Assembly (NCBI GenBank): GCA_020137815.1
Contig: CM035356.1
Coordinates: forward strand, 7,626,001 to 7,690,000
DNA: 64,000 nucleotides
Source: Hormiphora californensis
Lineage: Eukaryota > Animalia > Ctenophora
Reading direction: 5' to 3'
A program made the translations under genes and the position numbers. This document shows positions 14,043 through 28,345 of this stretch, in pieces; positions within the stretch are counted from its first letter, which is position 1; every line of letters begins with the position of its first letter. Below the pieces are notes generated by a model that was not told the origin of the DNA, made no database searches, and saw only the letters and a program-made list of their open reading frames with translations.

Positions 14043-14660
14043 TTTGGGAAATTCCTTTTCCCCCGGGGTTTTTTTTTTTTTTCTTTTTATTTTCCCCCCC
14101 CCCCCTTTTTTTTTTTGGGGAAAAAAAAAAAAAAAAAAATTTTTTTGGGGGGGTTTGATGAAAAACCCCTTTTTTAATAAATTTTTTTCTTTCCCCCCCC
14201 CCCAAAAAATTCCACACGTTTGACAATTAAATTAAAAAATTGATCAAACCCCCTTAAATTTCCCCCAAAGCTAAAAATTTTTTTTGAAAAAGGGGGGAAA
14301 AAAAAAGGGGGGATTGGGTTAAAAATTAAAAAAAAAAAAAACCCCCCCCAAAAGAGGAGAGGGAAGGAAGAGCGGGGAGGGGGAGGGAATTAGAGGGTTT
14401 TTTTAATTTCTTAAATTTGGAACCCCCCCCCCCCCTTTTTTCCCACTTCGAAATAGGGGATAGCACCCCTTTAAGTAAAAAAAAAATTGGGGCTCTTCCC
14501 TTTCACCATCTAATTTAATGGACTTTTTCATTTTCTTTCAAATTTGGGGATTTAAGTCCCATTTTAAACTTTTCCCCCTTTTTTCCCCCTTTTTTCCCAA
14601 CCGGGGCCCTTTTCCCTACTAAATTTAAGCCCCCCTTTCAGTATGGGGGGGACAATGACT
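12760..14660. other. Homopolymer-saturated low-complexity tract, probably low-quality consensus
   Basis: Almost entirely runs of A, T, G or C with no periodicity; begins right after a GA tract and ends near a foldback element. Confidence 0.7.
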
Positions 14661-14801
14661 GGGCCCACATGACACACACACTTCACACACGCAATTACCA
14701 CGGTACAGTCACTATGGCGCCTGGAGCTGGATTCTGAATCTACTTGTTTTTCTTGCTATCAAAGGATCTACAAAAATTTTCAGGCCCACGCCCCCTAAAT
14801 T

Positions 14802-16217
14802 GGCAATTTCTCATTTGCCGCATACGGCGTCTAGACGGCGTCGCACCGCCGTCTAGACGGTGTCCAGACGGTATACCGTCTAGACGGATTTTGATAAAAT
14901 CAGCTAAAAACGGTACCAAAATTGCTTGAAACGGGTTATAGACGGTATCAGACGGTGTTGCGACGGTATCAGACGGTCTCTAGACGGTACCGTCCCGGTG
15001 TCTAGACAGTGTCTGGACGGTCTCTAGACGGTATCCGTCCAAAGTTGAGACGGCACGTCTGAAAATTGTACCAGACGTTGAGACGTACTTTTAGAACTCC
15101 GTCCGTATTTCAGACGGAGTTTTAAAAGTACGTTTAAACGCAGTCTAAAGGAAAATCGATGAAAGTACCGTCTAAACAACGTCTCAACTGAAGTGTGGGG
15201 GGACACGTCCGGGGCGTGGGAGGTCATACGAAGTCAAAACACGGTGTCCCCCCACACTCCAATGTATCACCCCGTCCGCCTTTTCCACAACATGAACGTC
15301 TCAACTGAAACCGGTCAACATACCGTCTAAACAACGTCTAAACAGAATCTCGCGATTCAGTTTCAAATACCGTCTAGACAACTTCTCCAGCAATTTCGAT
15401 ACGAATACCGTCTAAACAACGTCTAGACAACGTCTTAAGCGAATCCGATACAGATACAGATTCAATAGGCACACATCTACCACTAATTCCAACTGGCATG
15501 GGTAAACCAGAATGGTCTTCAAAAACGGTCGAGTCTAGACAACGTTATTTGAGACGTTGTCTAGACGTTGTTTAGACGGTATTCGTATCGAAATTGCTGG
15601 AGAAGTTGTCTAGACGGTATTTGAAACTGAATCGCGAGATTCTGTTTAGACGTTGTTTAGACGGTATGTTGACCGGTTTCAGTTGAGACGTTCATGTTGT
15701 GGAAAAGGCGGACGGGGTGATACATTGGAGTGTGGGGGGACACCGTGTTTTGACTTCGTATGACCTCCCACGCCCCGGACGTGTCCCCCCACACTTCAGT
15801 TGAGACGTTGTTTAGACGGTACTTTCATCGATTTTCCTTTAGACTGCGTTTAAACGTACTTTTAAAACTCCGTCTGAAATACAGACGGAGTTCTAAAAGT
15901 CCGTCTCAACGTCTGGTACAATTTTCAGACGTGCCGTCTCAACTTTGGACGGATACCGTCTAGAGACCGTCCAGACACTGTCTAGACACCGGGACGGTAC
16001 CGTCTAGAGACCGTCTGATACCGTCGCAACACCGTCTGATACCGTCTATAACCCGTCTAGAGACCGTCTGATACCGTCTATAACCCGTTTCAAGCAATTT
16101 TGGTACCGTTTTTAGCTGATTTTATCAAAACCCGTCTAGACGGTATACCGTCTAGACACCGTCTAGACGGCGGTGCGACGCCGTCTAGACGCCGTATGCG
16201 GCAAATGAGAAATTGCC
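14802..16217. mobile_element. Foldback / MULE-type non-autonomous element
   Basis: ~630-bp TIRs starting GGCAATTTCTCATTTGCCG; 9-bp TSD CCCTAAATT at 14793-14801 and 16218-16226; arms built of TCTAGACGG-type subrepeats; ~115-bp spacer. Confidence 0.9.
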
Positions 16218-16328
16218 CCCTAAATTTATTACCATCGTCCATTCACTACCACATTTCCCAAAGATACAAAATTTCAATTTCCCCAATTCCCAAATTCTCC
16301 CTAATCACTAAAATTTCAATTAACTCAC

Positions 16329-16404
16329 ATCAAGATGATTTCCATTGGATCCATCTTCCCCGGGATGCACCTTTAGTTTCTGCTCCAAGGCGGACTTGTT
16401 CGCC
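16329..16404 (-). CDS. Shared hub exon (phase 2 in, phase 0 out): x-ANKSALEQKLKVHPGEDGSNGNHLD
   Basis: Strong acceptor CCTCCTTCCTTCCAG|G and donor GAT|GTGAGT; 76 nt = 1 + 25 codons; its first G completes the split codon of every upstream phase-2 exon without a stop. Confidence 0.7.
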
Positions 16405-16678
16405 CTGGAAGGAAGGAGGGGGCAGGGGTTAGAAACAGAGACATATACAATTTAGAATCAAGTTAACCTACCCTTATTAATATCAAGAACCCCACCCATT
16501 TTAAACGTTTCAAATTTAAACCTCCAACCCGTATATTTTCAATGAAAGTACTATAAAAGTCGAGCAGTCTGTCAAAGATGTCGTTGTATGGGGTATGGCC
16601 TATCTAATTTGGTTTTTATCAGAATTGAAAAAAAAACAAAAAATTCGTTGCACAAACAAACAATTTTTCAAAACATAC

Positions 16679-17037
16679 ATTTTCTGAACTATAATCTTGG
16701 TTGCCGCTGCCTTGAACCTTGATGACGCCTTAACACTTTTCAAGGACTTATTGCTTCCACCCCTCTCAGTCAGCTCGGAACTACTCCACATGTCCTCATC
16801 ATCATCATCCCCCATAGCAACAACCTCCTCCCCCTTAGCAACGGATTCAACCGACTGAGAGACAGTGAGGATCCTCGGTATCGGGGTTGAGTGGGTGAGA
16901 GGGTTACAGATAACGTCCTCATGAACTCCATCACTGTGTTGTTGCTGCTGCTCAAAGTCTGGTAGGGACGGGACCACCTTGATGCCCCGATGACGAGGTA
17001 ACACCGGAGGAAGAATTGTGCGACGTTTCACTTTCAT
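16679..17037 (-). CDS. Variable first coding exon, phase 2 (MKVKRRTILPP...SRFKAAATKIIVQKM)
   Basis: ATG 17037; 119 codons + 2 nt; donor AT|GTATGT; two X-boxes ~430-520 bp upstream. Confidence 0.7.
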
Positions 17038-17464
17038 GATTTCTCATTGCAATCTCTATCTCTCTCAAATAGCAGCTGGATCTACAGATTATTGAGATAT
17101 GAGAACTGAGCAAGATTCAACTGGATCTATAATAGAGAACGGGAAATAACAGTAGCTAGATCTATAATAGAGGATAAGAAGAATAATAGGCTCTGAGTTG
17201 AAGAATAAGATATACTATTATAGGTGGCAAAAAATATGGGCCTCAAAGCGTCAATCTGTGGCATTCAAGAAGCATTGCACTCTTGTCAACACAACTATAC
17301 AGTTCAGCACTATATGTCACGCAAAGAAAGTAGTAGTATGAAAATATTTTGCATCCAACAAAAGATTTCTCACAACAGATCCAAAGATAGAAAATTGCAA
17401 TTGAAAAAAGTACTGCATCATCGCTAGTGTATGGTATAAGACGCCAGGGGATAGTATTGTACAT

Positions 17465-17554
17465 GTTACTATGGAAACTGTGAGAGTGAACAGGATAAAG
17501 TGCAATACTAGGTAAACTGTGAACAATATTGCGTCATCATGTCTCCATGGAAAC
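17465..17554. promoter_or_regulatory. Pair of RFX X-boxes (GTTACTATGGAAAC 17465-17478; GTCTCCATGGAAAC 17541-17554)
   Basis: Both exact matches to GTHNYYATRRNAAC, upstream of the 17037 ATG. Confidence 0.6.
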
Positions 17555-18292
17555 GATCTATCTAAAAGTGGTGCACGGCCCTCGTGTGGGAGCCGAATGA
17601 GTTGGGGGCTCTCAAACAATCTTCTCCTCGTGCCTCCCCTTCTCTTATATTCTTCGACTCTCTCTGTCTCTCTTTCTCTCTTTCTCTCTTTCTCTCTTTC
17701 TCTCTTTCTCTCTTTCTCTCTCTCTCTCTCCCTATCTCTCTCTATTTCCCCTCTCTCCTTCTCTCCCCACGCGAGAGGCCGGTTGGAGCTGGAGACAGGT
17801 GGCACACATTGCGGTACGACCAACCCCTCATCTAAATAATATGCTGTAACGAAAACCATTTGACCACCACCGGACAGAAATGAGATCTAGGGCAGAACTT
17901 GAATGAATTAGATCGACCTGCATTTGTGGCACCTTGAAGTACCAGTTTTCTACAATAGCAAATGTTAACAGCTGGACTAACGACTGATAGGCGAATCGTG
18001 TCTGAATTATCTGCCTGAAATGCCTGGCGACTATAATATGTAAAAAGGGTCATCTCTGCAGTACTTTGATGGTCTCCAATCCTCGTTCAAACAGGGTCGA
18101 GCTGCATTCCAATCAGTAACCATACATTTAACTAATTCCGACTATTGCAGCTACTCCCTGCAGTTGTGGTCAGAGCACACACAGACAAAAAACATCTGCT
18201 GCGGTGGTAGATTTAATTGTCGAAGAGGAGGCACCAGCTTGGGTGAACAAAATAAAAACTTGATCGTAGCTGGAAACTGTATATAAATTCAC

Positions 18293-18394
18293 CTTGACAT
18301 TTGTAGAAATATAGTCCCAACTAGGATAACTGATAAGAAGACTCTGATTAGGTGCACAGCTGTAAGATGGAGAGGTCGATGTTTTGCACCCCAT
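18293..18394 (-). CDS. Candidate first exon with MGCxxS myristoylation/palmitoylation N-terminus (MGCKTSTSPSY...STNVK), phase 0
   Basis: ATG 18394; 34 codons; donor AAG|GTGAAT; another in-frame ATG lies 15 nt upstream; X-box-like GATACCATGGTAAC at 18402-18415. Confidence 0.4.
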
Positions 18395-20777
18395 GGTAAC
18401 TGATACCATGGTAACCGATACTACTTAGAGGCCTACCCCTAAATGGCCAGACCAAGCGAACTGAGACTAATGTGGGGCAAAACGATTCAAACTGCAACTG
18501 TTTCAAATGGGAGTTCTTGAATCGAAAAAGGGAAAACTCAGGACGGCCTGTAAAGGATCGGACTCCACGATAAACTTCCTGAACCTAACATACATATCTT
18601 CCATGCACCTACCATTGAAGTTGTTTCTTGGCTCTCTTGGTGATCATCGGGGTACTGTCACTGATACACATGATACTGATCCAATACAAGTCTTTTCTTC
18701 TTGAATACGTGGTGAAAACTAGGTTTCTCTTCTTGAAAACGTGGTAGGTGATGAATACTGCTTCAATACGTGGTCCTCCGCAACACTGCTTCAACGTGGT
18801 TAGCTCAATATATATCCGCACAGAACAGCTCAACGGAGGAATATTATAAAGTATAGAATTTGAACCTTGGAGGAGGGGAGGAGCCTCTAAAAAACCGGAG
18901 AGATAGAGCAGGTTGAAGTCTTAACCGGAGAGAGAGGTACTACTGTAGAAGAATCAATCAAAACCGGAGAGAGAGGGAGATAGAGATACTACTAAACCGG
19001 AGAGAGGTACTACTGGAGAGCTGAACCAATCGAATCGAGACAGTGATGATGTAATTATCAAAGGGCATGTACTCGAAAAAGAGCAACCAGACTTTCCCAA
19101 TCAGAATCCGTCTTTAGAGGTGTCTTTGATATTATATATATGGTTTACTGAATATGAATACATACCATATAACTTTACTAATGAAAGCTAGTGTAAACTC
19201 ATTGCAAGTTTTTGGCACACAATTTATACAATCACAAGCGAGTCTTTCCGGGGAATCTGAAAGAGTGGCATGAATCTAGAAAGAATAGGGAATAGGAGCT
19301 GAGCCGCTGAAAGTGCAACTGCAGCCCCTCAAGGTTGGGTGACCATGACAACTATGGCTCATGCAACTATAGTAACTGTAGGTCATCTCAAGGTTGGCAC
19401 AACTGCTGCAGTGGAGGAGAATCAGGTGGAGTATCTCGCCATGATCTCAACACAGAACTGAATTGCAGCATGATGGTCGGAAATGCAGGCCTGCAATTGA
19501 AATGATTGCTTCTTGGAACTTTATTAGGACTACTACTGGTAAAACAGTGCAAGCTGTGCCAATTCCGTACAGTATAAATTGATAGAACTCATTAGTCAGA
19601 TACTAAGATAAAGATTATTGATATCAAGATATATCAACACAGTCCACCACTACTACATAGAAGCATCGACAGACTCTCTTTTGAGCTACAATCATAAGCT
19701 TGCCATGTATATGTCGTCATGATTTATGACCTTACATCTTAAACGGAAACAAACCCTCACGTCTCAGATCTCAATTCACTTACTCAATAAATAGTTTGAA
19801 TGGGCTTTCAATCAAACAGTGTTGTTTACATATATTGTGGTTACAGTGTTGTGTTTTAAAGGACTAGATATTACATATTATTATGTCTGTGAAAGAAGTG
19901 CCATGAACAGATCAGGGGGGACAATGTCCCCCCCCCCCCCCGGAACATGGTGTATGCGTGGTTCAGATATATATTATCCCCCAGCGGCAAGCAGAACAAG
20001 TAAAGAGCAGGGTACCCTATTCAGAATACATCTATTTATTTCGAGAGCTATTATGTACTGCTTGAATTGAGATCTACTACTTAGTGTCAAGCATGGCATA
20101 CAATGCAGTGCAGATGGTATATGAACACGGTATATGTTCAATGAACAGGACGGCCATTCAAGTACCAAGATGGTGGGAGAATAGAACGATACATATAGCA
20201 CTTGGTTGGTTCTGAACCAACTAAGTGCTATACGTATCGTGTGAGTGTGTAGTAGATTCAGCCCGACAACGAAAATATAGCTCAGGTGGCACAGGCTCAA
20301 ATGCAGATTGGATAGAGCGAAGAAGAAGAAGAAGAAGAAGAAGAAGAAGAGAGAGAGAGAGAGAGAGAGAGAGAAACTTATATAGAGCAACTGTTGCAGG
20401 GGGCATAGAAACCTAAAATTTATCACTAGCCCCATGTGAGTGATAACAAGGTTAGTACGGTGTAGCATCTGCAAAAATATTCAGCATGGTTATCATAGTA
20501 ACAGATCGTGATGCATAAAAACAGTGCAACAGTCTTGGTGGGATCCTGGAACTCATCCAACCATTGGGGGTTGAATGGTTGATGCGCTTCAACCCTAGTG
20601 ACCTGCACGTAGTTTTAACTAAATAATACTGAACAATCTTTGGAGTTATGGTATCCCGGTATGTTTCAAATTGAGACTTTTAAGTTTCGTAAGTCTAGTA
20701 TTAAAAAATATCAAAATGATATAGATTAAAAAACATTTCATCATCGATACAGTTAGTTTAACAAACTAAAAACTTAC

Positions 20778-21010
20778 CTAAAACTTCCCGCTGTTTCTCC
20801 CCGGATAAAGTCCACATAATCCTCTAGTAGAATATCTGGAACACTGGTACACGATCCCGCTAGGGGTCTAGCAATTAACGGGATATTAACAGATGATGAT
20901 CGCTGAAGTACCACTGACCGGGATACCCCTGCAGCTGTTGTCGCCATTAGGATAGATGCTGGATCTGCTCCGAGTGTTGTAGTAGGTGGTGGCGGTGTGG
21001 GGGTAGACAT
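20778..21010 (-). CDS. Variable first coding exon, phase 2 (MSTPTPPPP...DYVDFIRGETAGSFR)
   Basis: ATG 21010 preceded by an in-frame TAA and an acceptor-like TCCTCAG| 8 nt upstream; donor AG|GTAAGT; X-box at 21135. Confidence 0.7.
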
Positions 21011-21134
21011 CGGTTATACTGAGGATCAACACTGGCAAGAGACGATATATACATGTGATTATATGATGTGTGAGAGAGATTGACAAAGAAGATTGACGGC
21101 CGGTGTGATGAGAGAGAGCTTGATAAAGGAGCCA

Positions 21135-21148
21135 GTAACCATGACAAC
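21135..21148. promoter_or_regulatory. RFX X-box GTAACCATGACAAC
   Basis: Exact consensus match 125 bp upstream of the 21010 ATG. Confidence 0.55.
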
Positions 21149-22809
21149 GTCCTACAGCTGCCACATGCAGATAATCATCCCTCCCCATCCATCGGTAATA
21201 TTACCAATCCAACAATAATAATAAGCATGTCCAACAACGCGGTATTATATATGTGCCGCCATAGAGCTGCAAGTACTTTACCCGCCGAGGGAGGGAAGCG
21301 GAGGGAGATAGATAGACAGAAAGACAGTGGAGTGATAACATAAAGAAAGACAGAGGAGAGTTATAGATTAAGCATGTTGATAACAGGGCAAGGAATATAG
21401 TCACAATCCTGCCAAGGATGCAATGATCAGATGCACAAGCAGTAAATAATATGAAGACGTTCTCACTTTCCCTAACTTTCTCTCCCGCATTCTCTCTAAC
21501 CCTCTCACTATCTCTCCCCTATTGAGTACTGGTTCTTATGTCAGTGTCTTTCGATGGAAGTTAAGACCATAGTATAACACAATGACATGTATTCGACAAC
21601 TTTGACACCACAAGCAATACCTCAAATTACATAATTCTATCTCTATCTTTCTTTCTATCTATCTATCTCTATCTTTCTAGACCTCCCTCTACATCTCACA
21701 CTATATTTTTCTACTACCCCTCAGCTGTCTGCTTCTCTATCTCTATCGGTTACACTATACCTTTTTTCTTCCTCTCCTCACTAACCATCTATCTCTCTGT
21801 CTGTCTTTCTGTATCTGTCTGTCTGTATTTATCTGTCTCTCACTCTCTCTCCCCTCTCTCTCCCCCTCTCGCTCACTCTCGTTTCGTCCAGAACGGAAGG
21901 CCTCCATAGCAGAAAAGCAGACAACAGAGCCAACAGGACGTGAGGAGGGTAGGAGTAATCTGTGATTAGCAACAAGAGTAACAGCTTCACAATGAAACAC
22001 CTTTCACAAGAATCGTCGAGAATAATACCCTTAGGCTGCCAAGAAACAAACTGGGGTGGGTTGTGCTGTTGCATTATAAAATAAAAAATAATAGTATAAA
22101 CAATACAAGGGGTGGGCTGGGGGAACTGATCCTAAACCGGCCAACAACAATCTAGTCCATTCCATTCCTAGAAATAAACTGTGGAATGAATCACCAATAA
22201 CCATATTATATCACGATGAGTTTTACACAACATGAAGATACGGATGACCTGTGACAATTAGGACCAGGAGGAAAATGTGCGATATATCTGATATCGTTTC
22301 ACCAAATCATTAGCTGGGGCCGGGGGGGGGGGGGACGATCGAGGCCAAAATGTCACTCGTTCTTCAGCACGAAACCTTTTTATTATGGGAGGGTGGTTTT
22401 TGTAGGATATGGATGTTCGGGCGGATTCTATCAGCGTTCTGTTTGGCCTCTTTTCTATTTTCTTCTTCTTCTTCTCTATTCTAATAACTCACTTATCCCA
22501 GAAATGTATTTGCTTTGGAGCCTATCACTGTCGCCGTTAATCACAAATTATGTCTTAAATGTCATTTTTAAGTTGTGTATTTTTCTGTCGAATGTTTGAT
22601 AATTAATCTTTTTCATTACAAACTCAACTGATAATGACGCAAACATTCATGGTGTTCATTTCACACATGGTCGACACATAAACCACATTCTTACCAATCA
22701 CCATGTTCGAAACTTTCCAACATCGACACAGAATCATGTTTCTTACGAAACAAAACCTGATAACTATCCGACCACAACCATATCTCTTCATATAGTTGCA
22801 AATTATGTT

Positions 22810-22882
<73 letters not shown>

Positions 22883-23771
22883 ACAGCTCATGGATATTTC
22901 TTCTGTAACAGTGTGCGGTGTCCAATAAAGAGCTCTATCTCTCTTGTCCCATAACGCTTTCTCACACCAGACGTGGTCTTGTGACAGAGTTTTATTAACA
23001 GTCAGTGCTGCTATTGGGCACATTATATTAAATAAAGGCCGGTGCCTGTATAATTAAGATCTGTGGTTTCAGGCGGTATGGGATTATCACATTTTAAAGT
23101 TGTTATTATCTCTTTGTCGTTAAATCGTTCTTCTGAAGAATAGGAAATCATATGGCAGTCATTCATCTTGTATTTAACTTTAGTTTATTATAGGAAATTA
23201 GCTCATCAGAATTTATAATCTTCCCGTCTACTTGCTCTCTCAGCTCTCTCTTTGATCACTGTGGTAAATTGAACCACTTCGCCGTGAAATGTATGTCCGA
23301 TTATTTACCAAGCTTCCAAATGAGTAGCTTAAATCACTTTAAAATTACCCCAAATAATTATTCTCTTGTCATGGCCTAAAGAGAAAAGATGTGTTCTTCC
23401 AACGTGTTTATCCATTTTATCACATTTTGTGTGCGTGACTTTAAAGTCACGCATACAAAGTCACACACCGCTGAAGAGATTTACAGCTAAAAGCTTGTCG
23501 CTCGCCTTTTCCTGCAAATGTGCAGAAAATTATAATTTTCCTAAATTAGTTCTCCATTTGACGTAGGTCACCAAATTTGTTCTGCTTGATTCTAGAACAC
23601 TTGTTTGCTGCTGATTTTCTACTGATTTTTCGTGTGATAAATACTAGCTTTTAGAATTCAACGATGATGATTTAGATGTAGACACAACTTTCTTCAACTT
23701 CGTTTTGAAACTTCTCTTAATTTTCCTCGCAACTAACATGATTCATCTCAGATTCTAGCAAGATTTGAAAG

Positions 23772-23984
23772 ATGATCAGGGACAACAGCGTAGAGTTCTT
23801 CTCATCTTCATTCTACATCCAGAAGAAGATCATGAAGGAAAGCCCTATCCTTGTCCAAACACCCTCCTACTCTTCATTCAGCCGATCATCAACCGCCAAA
23901 GAACGCCCTAAAACCTTCCGAGAGTTTGTTTCTGGACTTTCAAAAAGCTTGAAAAAGACGTTTAGCTACAAGAGGAAAAACTGA
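23772..23984 (+). CDS. Possible small nested antisense intronic gene, 70-aa basic protein
   Basis: Clean ATG-TGA ORF with non-repetitive composition, acceptor-like TTCATCTCAG ~20 nt upstream, basic amphipathic C-terminus; no recognisable domain. Confidence 0.35.
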   Translation: MIRDNSVEFFSSSFYIQKKIMKESPILVQTPSYSSFSRSSTAKERPKTFREFVSGLSKSLKKTFSYKRKN

Positions 23985-24207
23985 TTAATTTATAAGCGAT
24001 ACTGTTTATGCAAATATTTGCTGGCAAAACCTCTAACGGATAGGATGGATGGGAAGCTTGTTATGTTAAATATCCCATATATGATTGGATATTTTGTGGC
24101 AAGAATGGCAGCTGTTGAGGAGGTAGACGGATGCTCTCAACTGATGGGGCTATGTAATAGCGAAGATTTATTGAGAAGATGGTCGTAGCTTAGACTGAAG
24201 AGAAATG

Positions 24208-24855
<648 letters not shown>

Positions 24856-25540
24856 GTATTCATAAAGAAACATATTATATCAGAGAGTGAGGAGAGGAAG
24901 GAGGTAAAGACCTGCAGGTTTATCCTAATGACATGTGAATCAATCTTCCAATTATCGGGAACATAATAGGGCATTTAAGGTCATACGACAGTGTATTAGA
25001 TACAACTGGCGCGATAGTACAGATCTGATCCCTCGAATGTGATACGATCAACCAAATGTGCCACCAAATGTATGTGGGAGGGTGTCACATTTTCGTCTTA
25101 TTTGCAAATATTTGTAGAATAGAATAAATTAAACAGGAAAAGAGCCAACATATCATGGCTCTGCCATCCTGTACAGTAGGGGAAAACAGATGATCCCCGC
25201 GACTGCCAGACCAACAAGGCTACCGTGTGCCCGTCCTGCCGCGAAACCGATTGATTTGCGACCAAGCACACGAACGGCATCAGTACTGCAGTCTCTACAC
25301 AGGCAGATTTTGGGAACATCGAGACCCACACACTATAACGCACTTACCAGGAATATTTGAAATATGTCACCTCAAATGTCTACTAGCTAGTTGGCGATAA
25401 AGCTGTCTCTGATTGTGCGGCAGGATTTTAGAAATCTGTTCAAGGCACATCCATTGCTCTCAGAATAAGATTAGCTAGTAGTAATCAGTATTCCATAATA
25501 TGATAATAAACGGTCTCAGTCTAATTAAAATGGTACTTAC

Positions 25541-25879
25541 AGAATTTTCCATCTGTTCCTCGCGGAAACTGAAGCATCAACCGCACAGTCTTTACTCCTT
25601 GGTTTCTTGGGCACATCCAAGAATCTCACCCTCCGATCCTCCCCCTCGCCCTCCTCCACAACTTTAATCTCGGTCTTCCCCGGTAGCTCTTCCTCATCTC
25701 CACTGGAAAGGGTCAACTCGATCATCTGTGTTGGTTTAACAGACAGGTCCAGGTCGTTAATATTCACCCCGGAGACATCGGAAATACGGAATGTTTTCAC
25801 TGGTCCCATGATGAAACCCTCGCTCTTTGTCCGTTGACGTCTGCTGCGGGGGTTCGGCCGGATGGTCGGCAAGTCCACC
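25541..25879 (-). CDS. Variable coding exon, phase 2-2 (VDLPTIRPNPRSRRQR...SARNRWKIL)
   Basis: Acceptor GTCCTCAG|G; 339 nt open; donor CT|GTAAGT; internal ATG (MGPVKTF) could also initiate. Confidence 0.7.
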
Positions 25880-28169
25880 CTGAGGACGGTGCTATAGTTC
25901 CGTGATCGGGCCAGGGTTGCTGCTGAACTAGATGAGTGATACGGAGAGGTTTATAAACTAGATGAGAGATACGGAGAGGTTTAGGGCTGCTGAACTTGCT
26001 GGAAGTAGAGGATGTAAGGATAAAACTACAACAAACGGTATTTTATTATCAAACAATGCCCGTTTATAACTGGATAATTAACACATTAAAGAAAATCATC
26101 TGTCTAATAATCGGCAAAAAGTTCAAAAATTAGCGACAGGTCTAATTTTTTTCAAGGGTGTGCCCGATACTTGCATGCATTCGTCAAAATACATGGAAAC
26201 AGGGAGACTGCAAGTTGCGAGGTAAACGGTAAAGAATCAAGCATGTCACAGGGGGGATTTATGGCACCCCTGAGTAGACACATAATGAGACAAATTGGAC
26301 TAGCACGATGGCCGGTGGGGTGGCCGGGTGGAGAAAAGGAAGAGAAAAGGATCATAGAGAACCTCTAGTAATCAAGCAATCATGTACCGCGAAGTTCAGT
26401 TTGCAGAAAGGACTATACTCGAGTTATAGTGGATTGATAAGATTGAAAGGCGATCATGGATATTTCAATTACTCACTACTCAGAAGCTACCGCTCATCTT
26501 AACTCTCATTTCGAAAATTGGCAAAGACATATCTCCTTCAATCACTGCTTGTACCATTTTTCCTTCTACAGAAGGTCTGAGAATATTCAGGATCAAAGCC
26601 TTCGCTTTACCCCTGATCGCTGCCACGTGAAAAACATAATGGGCTGAGTTTAGTCTACATATTTTGGGCTTTGGCTCGCATTATATGAGGGAATAATACC
26701 ATACATACTCTGTTGCTCAACAATAGTATCTACATACATAATGACGGTTTGGCTCTACATAATGAAGGCTAAAACACAATTTCCAACCTAGTAGCCTCGT
26801 CACTTCAGACGAATTCAGCAGGGCATGCTTGAAAAGATCGGTGGACCGTAGTTGCAGCTATCTCGAAACTCTATGATCGTCGTGGCCCAAATTAGATCTA
26901 ACGTAACTCGATCCATTCGATAATCAGCTAGAATCCCAATAGAGCTGTAAAATAATTATAGTGCAGCTGAGAGAAAGAAACTCTGCTCGATGACAGGGTG
27001 GATAATTTTTCATTATTTTGATGTTCTCTCACAACTTATGTGTAACATAGCTATCTCACATCTCTATCTATATCTCTCATCTCATCTCTCTATATGTTCC
27101 AGCTTAGAAGTGAGCCTGGGAAAGAATTAAGAAGAACTGGCAAAACAAACAAAGGGTGACGGAGTGATAGAGGACATTTCATGTCGCATGCTTGATCATA
27201 ACAAAGACACGGGTTATAGCTGCGTAAGAAGAATGAATGTAAACTTGCATATATTAGGGAATCTTTGCAAGAGTTTATGTTTATGATGTGACACGGCTGA
27301 TTGGATAATTCCAATAAAAATGCAACTGAAAACAAAGGGAAGACTGATTGAAAGAGAGATTCAAGAGAGCGAAAAAGAGAGACTAGAAAAGCGCTAGGCG
27401 TGTGCAATAGCGGAATAAAAATCGAAAGGGTAACTAATAACTTTGCTAAGGAACATGGGTATCATAATACCTGAATGCACAACGATATAGTACTGATAGT
27501 GAGAAGAGAAACCGAAAGAGAGATAGTTCAGCTGATAAAAAAGAATATTGGAAGGATGGAAGAAGAAGTACGGCGGCACATTTGTTTCCAAATTATCACA
27601 TCTCGGAAGAGGGAATACCACCATGACACCAGGTGCTAGTAGCTGCTCTGCCAATAATACATGTGTTCCAGTTCTAGACAAGCCAAGACAGAGACACACA
27701 GAGATAGAAAGATAGAGACACACAGAGATAGAAAGATAGAGAAACCTAGAGATAGAAAGATAGAGAAACTTAGAGATAGAAAGATAGATAATTTGTCAAC
27801 ACTACAGGAAAGACACCCGGCTTCCGATACAGAATTATATCGTGTTTAATTCGCTGTCTTCCCCCCTAGGTTGTTAAGAGCTGGGATATATATAATCAAG
27901 CCTGCAGACAGTATAATACAGCTCACAAACTATTTAACAAGACGGCATTCCACTGACTGCGAGAGAAAACTATGAAATATTAGAGGACCGTGTATGTGTG
28001 TGTGTTTGAGGTTTGCATAAATACCAGTACATCTCTAATTGACGTCTAACCGACATCTTCATCAAATCAATTACCACTGGTAATTTACCAGTTCTTCTTC
28101 TCCTAAGAGAGGGTGTCTGGGTGATTAAACCCACATGACGGAACTATTGGAAGAGCAGTTTGGTCGGCA

Positions 28170-28345
28170 TTATGGAGATTGTGAGTGAGTGGCCCCCGAA
28201 GGGGTGGTGATATCAATTACCAGTTAGATGGAGATCGTGAGTGCAATTGAGTGCCCCCCCCCCCCCCCCCCGGAAGGGGTGGTGATATCAATTACCAGTT
28301 AGATGGAGATCGTGAGTGAAGGGGTGGTGATATCAATTACCAGTT
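28170..28345. repeat. Tandem repeat x3 (GGAGAT.GTGAGTG...GAAGGGGTGGTGATATCAATTACCAGTT)
   Basis: Direct observation. Confidence 0.85.

Noticed and set aside
12753-14226. Phe/Lys/Pro/Gly-rich ORFs and an apparent unusual composition domain
   Set aside because: Homopolymer noise most consistent with poor consensus
15024-15963. Duplicated 67-aa ORFs on opposite strands
   Set aside because: Mirror images in the foldback arms; no transposase motifs
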